Origin: Verrucomicrobiia bacterium
Lineage (GTDB): Bacteria > Verrucomicrobiota > Verrucomicrobiia > Limisphaerales > UBA1319
Direction of reading: 5' to 3'
DNA: 64,000 bases
Assembly: GCA_963664225.1 (NCBI GenBank)
Contig: OY760937.1
Coordinates: 4,672,001 to 4,736,000 of the forward strand
Shown here: piece by piece, positions 1-8,848 of the stretch
How the letters are laid out: each line of letters starts with the position of its first letter
Position numbering within the stretch: position 1 is the stretch's first letter
The notes under the pieces: generated by a model
The model's database searches: none
Seen by the model: the letters and a program-made list of their open reading frames with translations, nothing else
Told to the model about the DNA's origin: nothing
Translations under genes and position numbers: made by a program

Positions 1-437
1 AGGGCAAGCGGACCGTGCTTTCGTTCCACCGGGAACTGGGCAAGCTGCTTTGGGAAAAATGCGGCATGGCCCGCGATGAAAAGGGACTCAAGGAAGCCCT
101 CAAGCGCATCCCCGAGTTGCGCGCGGAATTCTGGAAAAACGTGACGGTTCCCGGCGAAAGCGCGGATTTGAACCAATCCCTGGAATACGCGGGACGGGTG
201 GCGGATTTTCTGGAATTTGGCGAACTGCTTTGCCAGGACGCACTCGAACGGCGCGAATCGTGCGGCGGACATTTCCGCACGGAATTTCAAACGGAGGACG
301 GCGAAGCCCTCCGTGACGATCAAAATTTTGCCCATGTGGCGGCCTGGGAATATCAGGGTGAAAACAAGGCCCCGATCCGGCATGTGGAGCCACTGGTTTA
401 CGAAGAATTGAAAATGATGCAAAGGAGCTACAAGTGA
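1..437 (+). CDS. sdhA: Succinate dehydrogenase/fumarate reductase flavoprotein subunit, C-terminal part (truncated by window start)
   Basis: [10 protein letters not shown] motif of the SdhA/FrdA C-terminus; stop overlaps the sdhB start (GTGA). Confidence 0.93.
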   Translation, partial: GKRTVLSFHRELGKLLWEKCGMARDEKGLKEALKRIPELRAEFWKNVTVPGESADLNQSLEYAGRVADFLEFGELLCQDALERRESCGGHFRTEFQTEDGEALRDDQNFAHVAAWEYQGENKAPIRHVEPLVYEELKMMQRSYK

Positions 438-1198
438 TGAATCTGACCCTGCGTGTCTGGCGCCAGAAAAATGCAAGCGCCTCCGGCGGTTTCGTGGATT
501 ACCCGGCGCCGAATGTCAGCGAGGACATGTCCTTTTTGGAGATGCTCGACGTGATCAACGAGGAGCTTACTGGCAAGGGCCAGGAGCCCATCGCCTTCGA
601 CTCCGATTGCCGCGAAGGCATTTGCGGCACCTGCTCGCTGGTCATCAACGGCATTCCCCACGGCCACCGGCCCGGAACGACGTGTTGCCAGCTTCACATG
701 CGTCATTTCAAGGATGGCGATGTGATCACCATTGAGCCCTGGCGCGCGAAGCCGTTCCCGGTCATCAAGGACCTGATAGTCGATCGCAGCGCTTTCGATC
801 GCATCATCCAGTCGGGCGGATATATCTCCGTTTCCACCGGCCAGGCCTGCGAGGCGAATTCGATTCCCATACCCAAGGACGTCCTTGATGAGTCGATGGA
901 CGCGGCGGCCTGCATCGGTTGCGGCGCCTGTGTCGCGGCCTGCAAGAACGCATCAGCCATGTTGTTTGTGGCGGCCAAAGTGTCGCACCTTGGCCTTTTG
1001 CCTCAGGGAAAACTCGAGCAGGACCGCCGGGTTTTCAACATGATCAAGACGATGGACGCCGAAGGCTTTGGAAATTGCACCAACATCGGTTCCTGCGAAG
1101 CGGTTTGCCCCAAAGGCGTGAGCTTGAGCTTCATCGCCCGGATGAACCGTCACTATGCGCTGGCGATCATCAAGGGCCAGGCCTCCAAGGAGAGCTGA
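434..1198 (+). CDS. sdhB: Succinate dehydrogenase/fumarate reductase iron-sulfur subunit
   Basis: CREGICGTC 2Fe-2S motif; [11 protein letters not shown] and [12 protein letters not shown] cluster motifs. Confidence 0.96.
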   Translation: MMNLTLRVWRQKNASASGGFVDYPAPNVSEDMSFLEMLDVINEELTGKGQEPIAFDSDCREGICGTCSLVINGIPHGHRPGTTCCQLHMRHFKDGDVITIEPWRAKPFPVIKDLIVDRSAFDRIIQSGGYISVSTGQACEANSIPIPKDVLDESMDAAACIGCGACVAACKNASAMLFVAAKVSHLGLLPQGKLEQDRRVFNMIKTMDAEGFGNCTNIGSCEAVCPKGVSLSFIARMNRHYALAIIKGQASKES

Positions 1199-1227
1199 TC
1201 GAACGGACGATAGCTGGAAAGAATTCG

Positions 1228-1266
1228 AAAACGGTCTTTTCCTGAAAAGGGGAAGGCCGTTTTTTT
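1228..1266 (+). terminator. Intrinsic terminator after sdhB, probably bidirectional
   Basis: AAAACGGTCTTTTCCT-GAAA-AGGGGAAGGCCGTTTTTTT: hairpin with a T-tract between convergent genes. Confidence 0.75.
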
Positions 1267-1291
1267 GTCGATGGTATCGATGAATCTGCCG

Positions 1292-1477
1292 TCAACTTTC
1301 AGTTTGCTGCATCTTGACCAAGTCCTTTTCGGCCAAAACCCAATCCTCGAGAGTCAGGGAATGATTCGGCAGTTTGTCGCGAAACATTTCAAAGGCATGC
1401 TGACGCACCATGCCCTTGGTGATGCCCGGAGTGACCGGTTTGGGCTGAGGGATCGATTTTTCCAAATGAGTTTTCAT
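1292..1477 (-). CDS. Small DUF2934-like protein
   Basis: MKTHLEK...VRQHAFEMF...EDWVLAEKDL resembles the 'R..A...........DW..AE' DUF2934 pattern; ATG at 1477 preferred. Confidence 0.6.
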   Translation of the reverse strand: MKTHLEKSIPQPKPVTPGITKGMVRQHAFEMFRDKLPNHSLTLEDWVLAEKDLVKMQQTES

Positions 1478-1660
1478 ATGTATTCCGTTTCTTAAGAGGA
1501 ACATAGGAGCGGACTGGAGAATTGCAACCGGTGTTTATTTAACTAATTGCAAGGCAGTTGGTTGCGCGGAAACATAAAACGGAACCGAAGCGGTTTTCCA
1601 CCTGGAAGAAGGCGCCCGGCAAACGTCAGGCCTTAAGCTGCGACTGCGGAACTGGCTGCG

Positions 1661-2134
1661 CTATTGGGGTTTGTTGGGACAAGAACCGGAACGTTTCAGT
1701 TGTTCGCAGCGGGCGGTGATGCGCAGTTGCTTGGAGTGGATGGTAAATCCCATGTCACGCGCCACCTGTTTCTCCAGTTTCTCGATCCGGCCATTCTCGA
1801 ATTCAAAAATTTTGCCGCAATCCACGCAGATGATGTGGTTGTGGTCAGGGTGCGTTGTGTAATTGGGATCGTAAATCTGGTGGTCTTTGCCGAAATCCAA
1901 CACCCGCAAGAGGCCGATTTCCACGAGCAAGGGCAGCGAGCGATACACGGTGGCGCGTGAAACGGAGGGATCGCGCTCGCGCGCCCATGTCAGCAGTTGC
2001 TCGGCGGTGAAATGGGATGTGGTGCTGAAGACCGAATCCATGATCGCCTCGCGCTGGGAGGTGAGGCGCAAGTGCTTTTCGGCCAGATGATCGAGAAACC
2101 GCTGGCGCGCCTGCTCTTTTGTGGGTTGCGGCAT
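1661..2134 (-). CDS. fur: Fur family transcriptional regulator
   Basis: LRLTSQR, HFTAE, VSRATVYRSL and HNHIICVDCG motifs. Start at 2134 (MPQPTK) avoids overlap with pgm. Metal specificity not determinable. Confidence 0.9.
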   Translation of the reverse strand: MPQPTKEQARQRFLDHLAEKHLRLTSQREAIMDSVFSTTSHFTAEQLLTWARERDPSVSRATVYRSLPLLVEIGLLRVLDFGKDHQIYDPNYTTHPDHNHIICVDCGKIFEFENGRIEKLEKQVARDMGFTIHSKQLRITARCEQLKRSGSCPNKPQ

Positions 2135-2148
2135 GAGGGACGCGGCGG

Positions 2149-3585
2149 TTAGGCGCTGAGTAATTTCCGGCACGCCACGCGCAATTTCTCAAGCTGGGCG
2201 GGGGATTTGGCTTCAAGATAGCAACGGATCAACGGTTCGGTGCCGCTGGCCCGGAAGGCCACCCATTCCTGATTGGGCAGCAAGTATTTGAAACCGTCCG
2301 TGGTGATGAACTTTTCAACCTTGAACGGGCCAATATTGTCCAATCCGGATCCCAATTTTTTAAGCAAGGCTGCCTTCTGCTCGGCCTGAATGGAAATGTT
2401 GATGCGGTCCGTGCAGAAAACACCGACCTGTTTTTCGATGATCTTGAGGATTTGCCCCAGTGTTTTCTTCTCTGTGGCCACGAGTTCCGCCATGAGGAGA
2501 CAGGCGAGAATGCCGTCTTTTTCGGGAACATGGCCTTTGACGCTCAAGCCGCCGGATTCTTCGCCGCCCACAATGATCGGCTCACTTTCCATTAATGCGC
2601 CAATGTATTTGAAGCCGACGGGGGTTTCGTGGACCTTGACGCCAAACAGACCGGCGACGGCATCGACCAGGTGGCTGGTGGGCACCGTGCGCACCACGGC
2701 GCCGGTCCAACCACGGTTTTTCTTCAAATGATACAGGGTCAGCGCGAGAACCTGGTTGGGACTCAGCCATGTGCCGTCCTTATCCACAATGCCGAAACGG
2801 TCCGCGTCTCCGTCCAACCCCAAGCCCAATTGCGCGCCGCCTTTCAGAATGAACTCGCGCACCTCGCTCATGCCTTCGGCGCTCGGTTCGGGATGATGCC
2901 CCCCAAAGAGCGGGTTGACTTCGTTGTGGAAAACCGTCACGTCCGCTCCGGCGGATTCGAGGAGAATGTCCAGGTAACCGCGGCCGGTGCCATACATACA
3001 CTCGACGGCCACTTTGAGTTTGGCGCGGGTGATGATGTCGAAATCGACCAGCTTGGAGATTTGTTTGAAGTAAGCCGGGTTGGGGTCAAAGGTTTTGCAG
3101 GTGTACACGCCAGCCGGAGCGGCCTTCATCGACCAATTGGCCTTTTGGAGCCGGGCGACACCGGCCTCGATTTGCTTTGTGACTTCAGGATGGGCGGGAG
3201 CGCCGTTGCTGGTGGAGAATTTCAGGCCCTGATAAGCGGCGGGATTGTGACTTGCAGTCAGGTTTAAACCGCCAATGGCTTTGCGTTGACGGATGGAATA
3301 GGAAATGACCGGTGTGGGGGCATCCCTTTCGCAAAGCAGGGGAGAGAGGCCGTTTTTCTCGAGGACTTCGGCCGCGGCCAGGGTAAATTCCTGTCCTAGG
3401 AACCGCGTGTCATGGCCGAGGATTACCACCGGCTTGCGTCCGTGAATGGCGGATCCGGGTTTCTTCAATTCGCCGACCAGATAGTCTGCGACCGATTGGG
3501 TCACCAAGCGGAGATTGTCGAAGGTAAAATCGCGCGCGATGAGTCCGCGCCAACCGGATGTGCCAAAAATGATGGGGTCTTGCAT
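2149..3585 (-). CDS. Phosphoglucomutase/phosphomannomutase family protein
   Basis: FGTSGWRG, TASHNP (phospho-Ser), DGDADR, GGEESGG and RASGTEP motifs. Confidence 0.95.
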   Translation of the reverse strand: MQDPIIFGTSGWRGLIARDFTFDNLRLVTQSVADYLVGELKKPGSAIHGRKPVVILGHDTRFLGQEFTLAAAEVLEKNGLSPLLCERDAPTPVISYSIRQRKAIGGLNLTASHNPAAYQGLKFSTSNGAPAHPEVTKQIEAGVARLQKANWSMKAAPAGVYTCKTFDPNPAYFKQISKLVDFDIITRAKLKVAVECMYGTGRGYLDILLESAGADVTVFHNEVNPLFGGHHPEPSAEGMSEVREFILKGGAQLGLGLDGDADRFGIVDKDGTWLSPNQVLALTLYHLKKNRGWTGAVVRTVPTSHLVDAVAGLFGVKVHETPVGFKYIGALMESEPIIVGGEESGGLSVKGHVPEKDGILACLLMAELVATEKKTLGQILKIIEKQVGVFCTDRINISIQAEQKAALLKKLGSGLDNIGPFKVEKFITTDGFKYLLPNQEWVAFRASGTEPLIRCYLEAKSPAQLEKLRVACRKLLSA

Positions 3586-3608
3586 GGTCAGATAAGAATC
3601 TCGAAACT

Positions 3609-4010
3609 TTATTTTCCCGCCTTATAGCGGCTCCACTGGAACGCGCCTTTTTTCAAGGCATACAGGTAGCCTACGAACAGGACAGCAACAAAGGAGAGCA
3701 TGGCGCCGAGGATCACATTGGGCTGGGTTCCGAGCATTTCCTTGTAAACGACGGCCCATGGATAAAGAAAGACGACCTCGATGTCGAAGAGGATGAAAAG
3801 CATCGCAACGACGAAAAATTTGACTGAAAAACGGGTGCTCCCCGAACCGATGGGCAGCATGCCACACTCATAGGCCGTGTCTTTGATGGGAGGGCGGCTG
3901 CCGCGTTTTCCAAGCAACGTGGAGAATCCCAGCATGAATGCGATAAGCCCCACTGCAACAACACCCAGTATCAAGACCGGCAGGTATTGAACGATTTGTT
4001 CCGATTGCAC
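3609..4010 (-). CDS. nuoA: NADH-quinone oxidoreductase subunit A
   Basis: YECG, FILFDIEVVFLYPWAV and KKGAFQW motifs; three hydrophobic segments; GTG start. Confidence 0.93.
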   Translation of the reverse strand: MQSEQIVQYLPVLILGVVAVGLIAFMLGFSTLLGKRGSRPPIKDTAYECGMLPIGSGSTRFSVKFFVVAMLFILFDIEVVFLYPWAVVYKEMLGTQPNVILGAMLSFVAVLFVGYLYALKKGAFQWSRYKAGK

Positions 4011-4160
4011 GCGGGCAAAATATCCCGGAACCGCCTTAATGGCAAGTTTAAAGGCCCGATTTGCGCCGCTTCAGGCATGAGATGAGAAGATTCGTCCTTG
4101 AGGAGAATTCTTTAAAAAATGCCAAGTTTGCGGATGTGGCTGGAGCGTCGGTCTCATGAC

Positions 4161-4400
4161 CGGGGGATGCGGCTCGGCGGGAGCCTCGCCCTACCGGGGG
4201 ATGCGGCTCGGCGGGAGCCTCGCCCTACCGGGGATGCGGCTCGGCGGGAGCCTCGCCCTACCGGGGGATGCGGCTCGGCGGGAGCCTCGCCCTACCGGGG
4301 GATGCGGCTCGGCGGGAGCCTCGCCCTACCGGGATGCGGCTCGGCGGGAGCCTCGCCCTACCGGGGGATGCGGCTCGGCGGGAGCCTCGCCCTACCGGGG
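4161..4400 (-). repeat. Left tandem REP array: 7 head-to-tail copies of 32-34 bp
   Basis: Unit on +: G(3-5)ATGCGGCTCGGCGGGAGCCTCGCCCTACC. On - it reads GGTAGGGCGAGGCTCCCGCCGAGCCGCAT, a GTAG tetranucleotide plus a GGCTC/GAGCC hairpin. A decayed extra copy may sit at about 4132-4161. Confidence 0.93.
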
Positions 4401-4429
4401 AAAAGGAGCGTCCTCGCGAGCTTTTCATT

Positions 4430-4903
4430 TCACCAGCGAAATCCATGGATTGCTCCTTGATAGGGCCATTGCCCGATTTCCTTCGCCAATCCCGCCCGCA
4501 CCGGATTCTCCTGAACGTAAAGCCACTTCTGCGAATAGTTCTCATCCCGCCGCAGCCGATGATGAAACGCGCTCGCCTGCCAGTCCCAGTCCGCGTGCTG
4601 ATGGGACTTGCTGAACTGGCTTTTCCAAAACGTGATCCAACGTTCGATGGTGAAATGCAAATCGCGCGGCGCGGCAAAGAAATGCAAATGATCCGGCATC
4701 AGTACGTAATTCCCGACCAGCCACGCATCCGCCCGGCGCCAGACTTCCGCGAGCAACCGGTGCGCCTCGTCGCACGCCAGCCAACGCGTGCGATTCTTCG
4801 TGCAAGCTGTCACGAAAACAATCGGCGGTTGATTGAAGTCGATATGGACTCCCTGCGTTGGTCTGCGGCGATCTGGCTTTTCGTCTGAGATGTTTGAGCG
4901 CAT
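4430..4903 (-). mobile_element. REP-associated tyrosine transposase (RAYT/TnpA-REP, Y1 HUH endonuclease)
   Basis: FVT, MPDHLH (HUH), WQ..FHHRLR and YVQENPVRAGL (catalytic Tyr) motifs; flanked by REP arrays. ATG at 4903 has AGGTGG 8 nt upstream; the ORF track gives GTG at 4915. Confidence 0.92.
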
Positions 4904-4928
4904 ATGCTTATCCACCTGACGGAAGTTA

Positions 4929-4957
4929 ATGGTGTGTGTATGTTTTTAAAATGTCAA
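4929..4957 (-). promoter_or_regulatory. Putative sigma70 promoter of RAYT
   Basis: Minus strand TTGACA (4957-4952), 17 nt, then CACCAT. The -35 is perfect and the -10 is weak. Confidence 0.4.
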
Positions 4958-5100
4958 GACAAACATATATGAAATGCTGACGTAAATTCTGGCGAAATTC
5001 GAAATGCACTTGGGCAGCGCCTCCAAATAAGACCCCGTTTCATTGCGAGTTTTTTCTCAACCTGCATCAAATGGATAAGCATGTGGATTTAGATTGTCAG

Positions 5101-5752
5101 GGTGGCTCGGCGAGAGCCTCGCCATACCGGGAGGTGGCTCGGCGGGAGCCTCGCCCTACCGGGAGGTGGCTCGGCGGGAGCCTCGCCCTACCGGGGGATG
5201 CGGCTCGGCGGGAGCCTCGCCCTATCGGGGGATGCGGCTCGGCGGGAGCCTCGCCCTATCGGGGGATGCGGCTCGGCGGGAGCCTCGCCCTACCGGGGGA
5301 TGCGGCTCGGCGGGAGCCTCGCCCTACCGGGAGGTGGCTCGGCGGGAGCCTCGCCCTACCGGGAGGTGGCTCGGCGGGAGCCTCACCCTACCGGGAGGTG
5401 GCTCGGCGGGAGCCTCGCCCTACCGGGGGATGCGGCTCGGCGGGAGCCTCGCCCTACCGGGGGATGCGGCTCGGCGGGAGCCTCGCCCTACCGGGGGATG
5501 CGGCTCGGCGGGAGCCTCGCCCTGCCGGGAGGTGGCTCGGCGGGAGCCTCGCCCTACCGGGAGGTGGCTCGGCGGGAGCCTCGCCCTGCCGGGAGGTGGC
5601 TCGGCGGGAGCCTCGCCCTACCGGGAGGTGGCTCGGCGGGAGCCTCGCCCTGCCGGGAGGTGGCTCGGCGGGAGCCTCGCCCTACCGGGATGCGGCTCGG
5701 CGGGAGCCTCGCCCTACCGGGAGGCGGCTCGGCGGGAGCCTCGCCCTACCGG
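5101..5752 (-). repeat. Right tandem REP array: 20 head-to-tail copies, same orientation as the left array
   Basis: Core GGCTCGGCGGGAGCCTCGCCCTACC joined by two linker types, GGGAGGT (32-bp unit) or GGGGGATGC (34-bp unit); no unique spacers. Confidence 0.95.
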
Positions 5753-5765
5753 AAGGCGCATGTTC

Positions 5766-7091
5766 TCAAACCGGCTGGTTAATGAAATCCCTGGGTTGTC
5801 CAGTGCAGGCCAGGACACCGCGCCAGAGTTCGCTCTTGGGCGAGACCCGTTTCTTTTCTTCGACGGCCAGCGGAATCGGGACATGGGTGAAGACGTTATG
5901 CCAGTAACCGACAAGGACATCGGTCTTGCCCGCCATGCCCGCGTGGACGGCGTGCCGGGCCATCTGATCACAGAGAAGGCTGTCGTCGCAATTGGCCGGG
6001 ACGCTGCGGATGAAGTAGCTGGGATCGAAATATTTCATGCTCACGGGCGCGCCGGCCTTTTTAAAATACTCGATGATCCGATCCTTCAAATACAGGCCGA
6101 TATCGGCGAATTTAACATTGCCCGAAGCGTCGCGTTCGCGGGACGAAGTCTGGAGGAGGTTTTGGCCGGCGCCTTCCGCGACGACGATGAGCGCGTGCTG
6201 GCGTGTTTGAACGCGTTTCAGGAGGGCGGGCAGAAAACCGCGTTCTCCCTCCATGTCAAAGGGCACTTCGGGTATGAGGATGAAATTAACCTCCTGGCTG
6301 GCCATGGCTGCGCCTGCGGCGATGAATCCCGCTTCCCGGCCCATGAGCTTAACCAGTCCGACGCCATTGAGGGCGCCACGCGCTTCGTTGTGGGCGCCAT
6401 CGAGGATTTCCCTGGATTTCTCAATGGCAGTCGAGACGCCGAAGGTGCGCCAGACGTATTTAATGTCGTTATCGATGGTCTTGGGAATTCCAACCACGGA
6501 GATGGGCAGGTTACGCCGCGCAATTTCGGTGTGAATATCGTGCGTGCCGCGCTGGGTGCCATCGCCGCCGACGCAAATCAACAAGTTTATTTTTTCCTTC
6601 ACGAGATAATCGACGATGGGAACCTCGGGCTGTGGACCTCGTGAGGAACCGAGTATCGAGCCGCCATCCAAGTGAATGTTTTCGACCATGTCCGGCGTGA
6701 TTTGGATGGGCGGCAGGCCGACGGATGGATTCAAGCCCGCATAGCCATAGCGAACGCCCAGAACCTCCTTCACCCTGTAATTAAAATGCAGCTCGTTGAA
6801 GGCGGAGCGAATGACGTTATTCAGGCCCGGACAGAGGCCGCCGCAGGTGACGATGGCGGCACGGGTCTCTTCAGGCTGGAAAAAGATTTTCTGACGCGGA
6901 CCGGCTTTCTCAAAGAAGATATCGTCATGGGTGTCGAATCCCGTGTTGATTTCCACCTGGTAGCGGACGCGCGCCGCATCCGGTATGAAATTTCCCATGT
7001 CATCGAGCAGATCGGTGGTCAGGGGCAAGGGCGACAGAACTTTCCTGGGACCCAGGGTGGCAATTTTGACATTTTCCGCAGTAATGCTCAT
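5766..7091 (-). CDS. pfkA: ATP-dependent 6-phosphofructokinase (long, clade X-like)
   Basis: TCGGLCPGLN, GGDGT (ATP-type Gly), PKTIDND and MGR motifs; start MSITAEN at 7091 preferred over the ORF-track extension. Confidence 0.92.
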   Translation of the reverse strand: MSITAENVKIATLGPRKVLSPLPLTTDLLDDMGNFIPDAARVRYQVEINTGFDTHDDIFFEKAGPRQKIFFQPEETRAAIVTCGGLCPGLNNVIRSAFNELHFNYRVKEVLGVRYGYAGLNPSVGLPPIQITPDMVENIHLDGGSILGSSRGPQPEVPIVDYLVKEKINLLICVGGDGTQRGTHDIHTEIARRNLPISVVGIPKTIDNDIKYVWRTFGVSTAIEKSREILDGAHNEARGALNGVGLVKLMGREAGFIAAGAAMASQEVNFILIPEVPFDMEGERGFLPALLKRVQTRQHALIVVAEGAGQNLLQTSSRERDASGNVKFADIGLYLKDRIIEYFKKAGAPVSMKYFDPSYFIRSVPANCDDSLLCDQMARHAVHAGMAGKTDVLVGYWHNVFTHVPIPLAVEEKKRVSPKSELWRGVLACTGQPRDFINQPV

Positions 7092-7301
7092 ATCGGGCGC
7101 GGATTGTGCCTCATGAGGGAGTGGTCGGCAATGCTGATCCGAACGGGGATTGTCCTGCGGGCGTGCTTTCAAATTTTCCGACGCGCTTGTGTGTGCTGCA
7201 ACGGATTGCGATCCCGAGAAACGTGCCCTGGTTTCGGAGCAGGGAGACAGGTTGAGGGGTGACATTCCGTCGGGGGCCTGATATGGCTTGTGGCCGAGAT
7301 T

Positions 7302-7922
7302 ATGTTTACTGGCATTGTTGAGGAAACCGGGATCATCGAGCGCATTGAACCGACTGAAAAGTCGATCCGGCTGACGGTGCGCTCAAAAATCTGTGGGCAG
7401 GGGCTCAAGGTGGGGGACAGCCTCGCCATCAATGGATGCTGCCTGACGGTGGTGCGCATCACCACGAAAGGCGCGTTCAAATGGGTTCAGTTCGATCTTC
7501 TCAAAGAGACCTGGACGCGGACGAATTTGCAGTTTGCCGACAAAGGCTCGTTGGTGAATCTGGAGCGTCCCTTGCGCGCCAATGGCGAAATGGGCGGGCA
7601 TTTTGTCACCGGCCACATCGATGGAGTGGGGAAAGTGGCGCGTTGGGAACGGGCGGGTCAGGATTGGGTGCTGGACATCGAGGCGCCGAAGGACGTGATG
7701 AAATACATCGTGTTCAAGGGTTCGGTGGCCGTGGACGGGGTCAGCCTGACCGTGGCCTCCGTCACGAAGAAGGGATTTCGCATCTGGATCATTCCCCATA
7801 CGTATGAGGTGACGGCACTCAAAGAGCGGGCGGTGGGCGGGGCGGTGAATCTTGAGGGGGATATCATCGGCAAGTACGTGGAAAAGTTTGTGACGCAACG
7901 GGATTCCCGAAAAAAGGCCTGA
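7302..7922 (+). CDS. ribE: Riboflavin synthase alpha chain
   Basis: Diagnostic MFTGIVEE N-terminus; INGCCLTV, VNLER and GGHFVTGHIDG motifs. Confidence 0.96.
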   Translation: MFTGIVEETGIIERIEPTEKSIRLTVRSKICGQGLKVGDSLAINGCCLTVVRITTKGAFKWVQFDLLKETWTRTNLQFADKGSLVNLERPLRANGEMGGHFVTGHIDGVGKVARWERAGQDWVLDIEAPKDVMKYIVFKGSVAVDGVSLTVASVTKKGFRIWIIPHTYEVTALKERAVGGAVNLEGDIIGKYVEKFVTQRDSRKKA

Positions 7923-8110
7923 ACGCCGATTTTGCGGACAAATCGAGGGTGTGATTTTTATGATTTGTTTTGCATATCGATTTAAGGCAACGGATAATGC
8001 AGGGCAAAGGGCAGGCGCTGGGACCGGGCGGAAGCGGCCGCGGACAGCGTCGGGATCGATAGACGATGCGCTCACTGGAAGAGGTGTGAAGGAAAAAAAG
8101 TATTTCACGC

Positions 8111-8139
8111 TTGATTCCGGCGCGTAGTGCTCGTATATT
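8111..8139 (+). promoter_or_regulatory. Putative sigma70 promoter of rpmI-rplT
   Basis: TTGATT, 17 nt, TATATT, ending 30 nt upstream of the rpmI ATG. Confidence 0.55.
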
Positions 8140-8168
8140 GCGCGCTCTTTATTAAGAGAATTTGATTT

Positions 8169-8378
8169 ATGCGACGACCGAAACCAATCAAAACGCGGAA
8201 AGCGGTAGCCAAGCGGTTTAAGATTACCGCGACGGGCAAAGTGATGCGCCCCCGCGCCGGAAAACGCCATTTACTGAAGACCAAGAACGCCAAGCGTCGG
8301 CGTTCGCTCGGGACCGAGAAGCAGGTGGATTCCACCGATACTTACCGGATCACGCAGAATCTTCCATTCAGCCATTAA
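8169..8378 (+). CDS. rpmI: 50S ribosomal protein L35
   Basis: KTRKAVAKRFKITATGKV...KRHLL; directly precedes rplT. Confidence 0.96.
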   Translation: MRRPKPIKTRKAVAKRFKITATGKVMRPRAGKRHLLKTKNAKRRRSLGTEKQVDSTDTYRITQNLPFSH

Positions 8379-8398
8379 TTGTTAATTTTTGATCTGTT

Positions 8399-8770
8399 AT
8401 GCGAGTAACTAATGCTCCCGCTTCAAGGAAGCGTCGCTCCAAGGTAATCCGGGCCGCCAAAGGCTACCGGATGCGTCGCTCGAAATTGTATCGTTATGCG
8501 ACGAATGCCGTCGATCACGGTCAGGTGTATGCCTACCGGGATCGCAAGGCCAAGAAACGCACTTTCCGGGGTCTCTGGCAGGTTCGTATCAATGCCGCCA
8601 GCCGCGCGGCCGGGATGACGTTCAGCCGGTTCATCGAAGGTTTGAAGGCCGCCAAAGTGGGCTTGGACCGCAAGGTGTTGGCCGATATCGCCGCGACAGA
8701 TGCCGCAGCGTTCCTGGAATTGGTTAAAATGGCTCAAGACGCGCTCAAGGCCAAGGGCGTGAAGGCATAG
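8399..8770 (+). CDS. rplT: 50S ribosomal protein L20
   Basis: AKGY, YAYRDRK, RINAA and LDRKVLADIA motifs. Confidence 0.97.
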   Translation: MRVTNAPASRKRRSKVIRAAKGYRMRRSKLYRYATNAVDHGQVYAYRDRKAKKRTFRGLWQVRINAASRAAGMTFSRFIEGLKAAKVGLDRKVLADIAATDAAAFLELVKMAQDALKAKGVKA

Positions 8771-8810
8771 ACCTTCCGACGCGCGTTTTTATAAACAAGC
8801 GAATCTTTTG

Positions 8811-8846
8811 ACGGGCGGACCTTGGCGGTGCGCCCGTTTTTCTTTT
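8811..8846 (+). terminator. Terminator-like hairpin between rplT and pheS
   Basis: ACGGGCG GACC-TTGGC-GGTG CGCCCGT followed by TTTTCTTTT. Confidence 0.6.
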
Positions 8847-8848
8847 AT

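Noticed and set aside
1515..1570. Fur box near the fur gene (AATTGCAA twice)
   Set aside because: It is not a clear palindrome or 7-1-7 box; unsupported without a lineage-specific motif.
4142..4412. GGAGCGTC on both sides of the left array as a target-site duplication
   Set aside because: The copies do not abut the array ends and resemble decayed GGAGCCTC REP sequence. Y1 HUH elements do not make target-site duplications.
4161..5752. Repeat arrays as CRISPR
   Set aside because: Units abut with only 7-9 nt recurring linkers. There are no unique spacers and no cas genes. GTAG plus hairpin next to a RAYT identifies them as REPs.
4119..6644. ORFs reading through the arrays (4119-4460, 4156-4614, 4268-4888, 5071-5907, 5094-6644, 5102-5782)
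   Set aside because: These are translations of stop-free GC-rich repeats and antisense shadows of RAYT or pfkA, with no protein-like content.
7092..7301. FMN riboswitch upstream of ribE
   Set aside because: Only a short GGGGTGACATTCC resemblance lies near 7257. The other conserved RFN segments are missing, and there is too little room before the ATG.
8822..8848. Phe-rich leader (MAVRPFFFY) as a pheM-like attenuator peptide
   Set aside because: The Phe codons are simply the U-tract of the hairpin. They are in frame with pheS rather than a separate upstream ORF.
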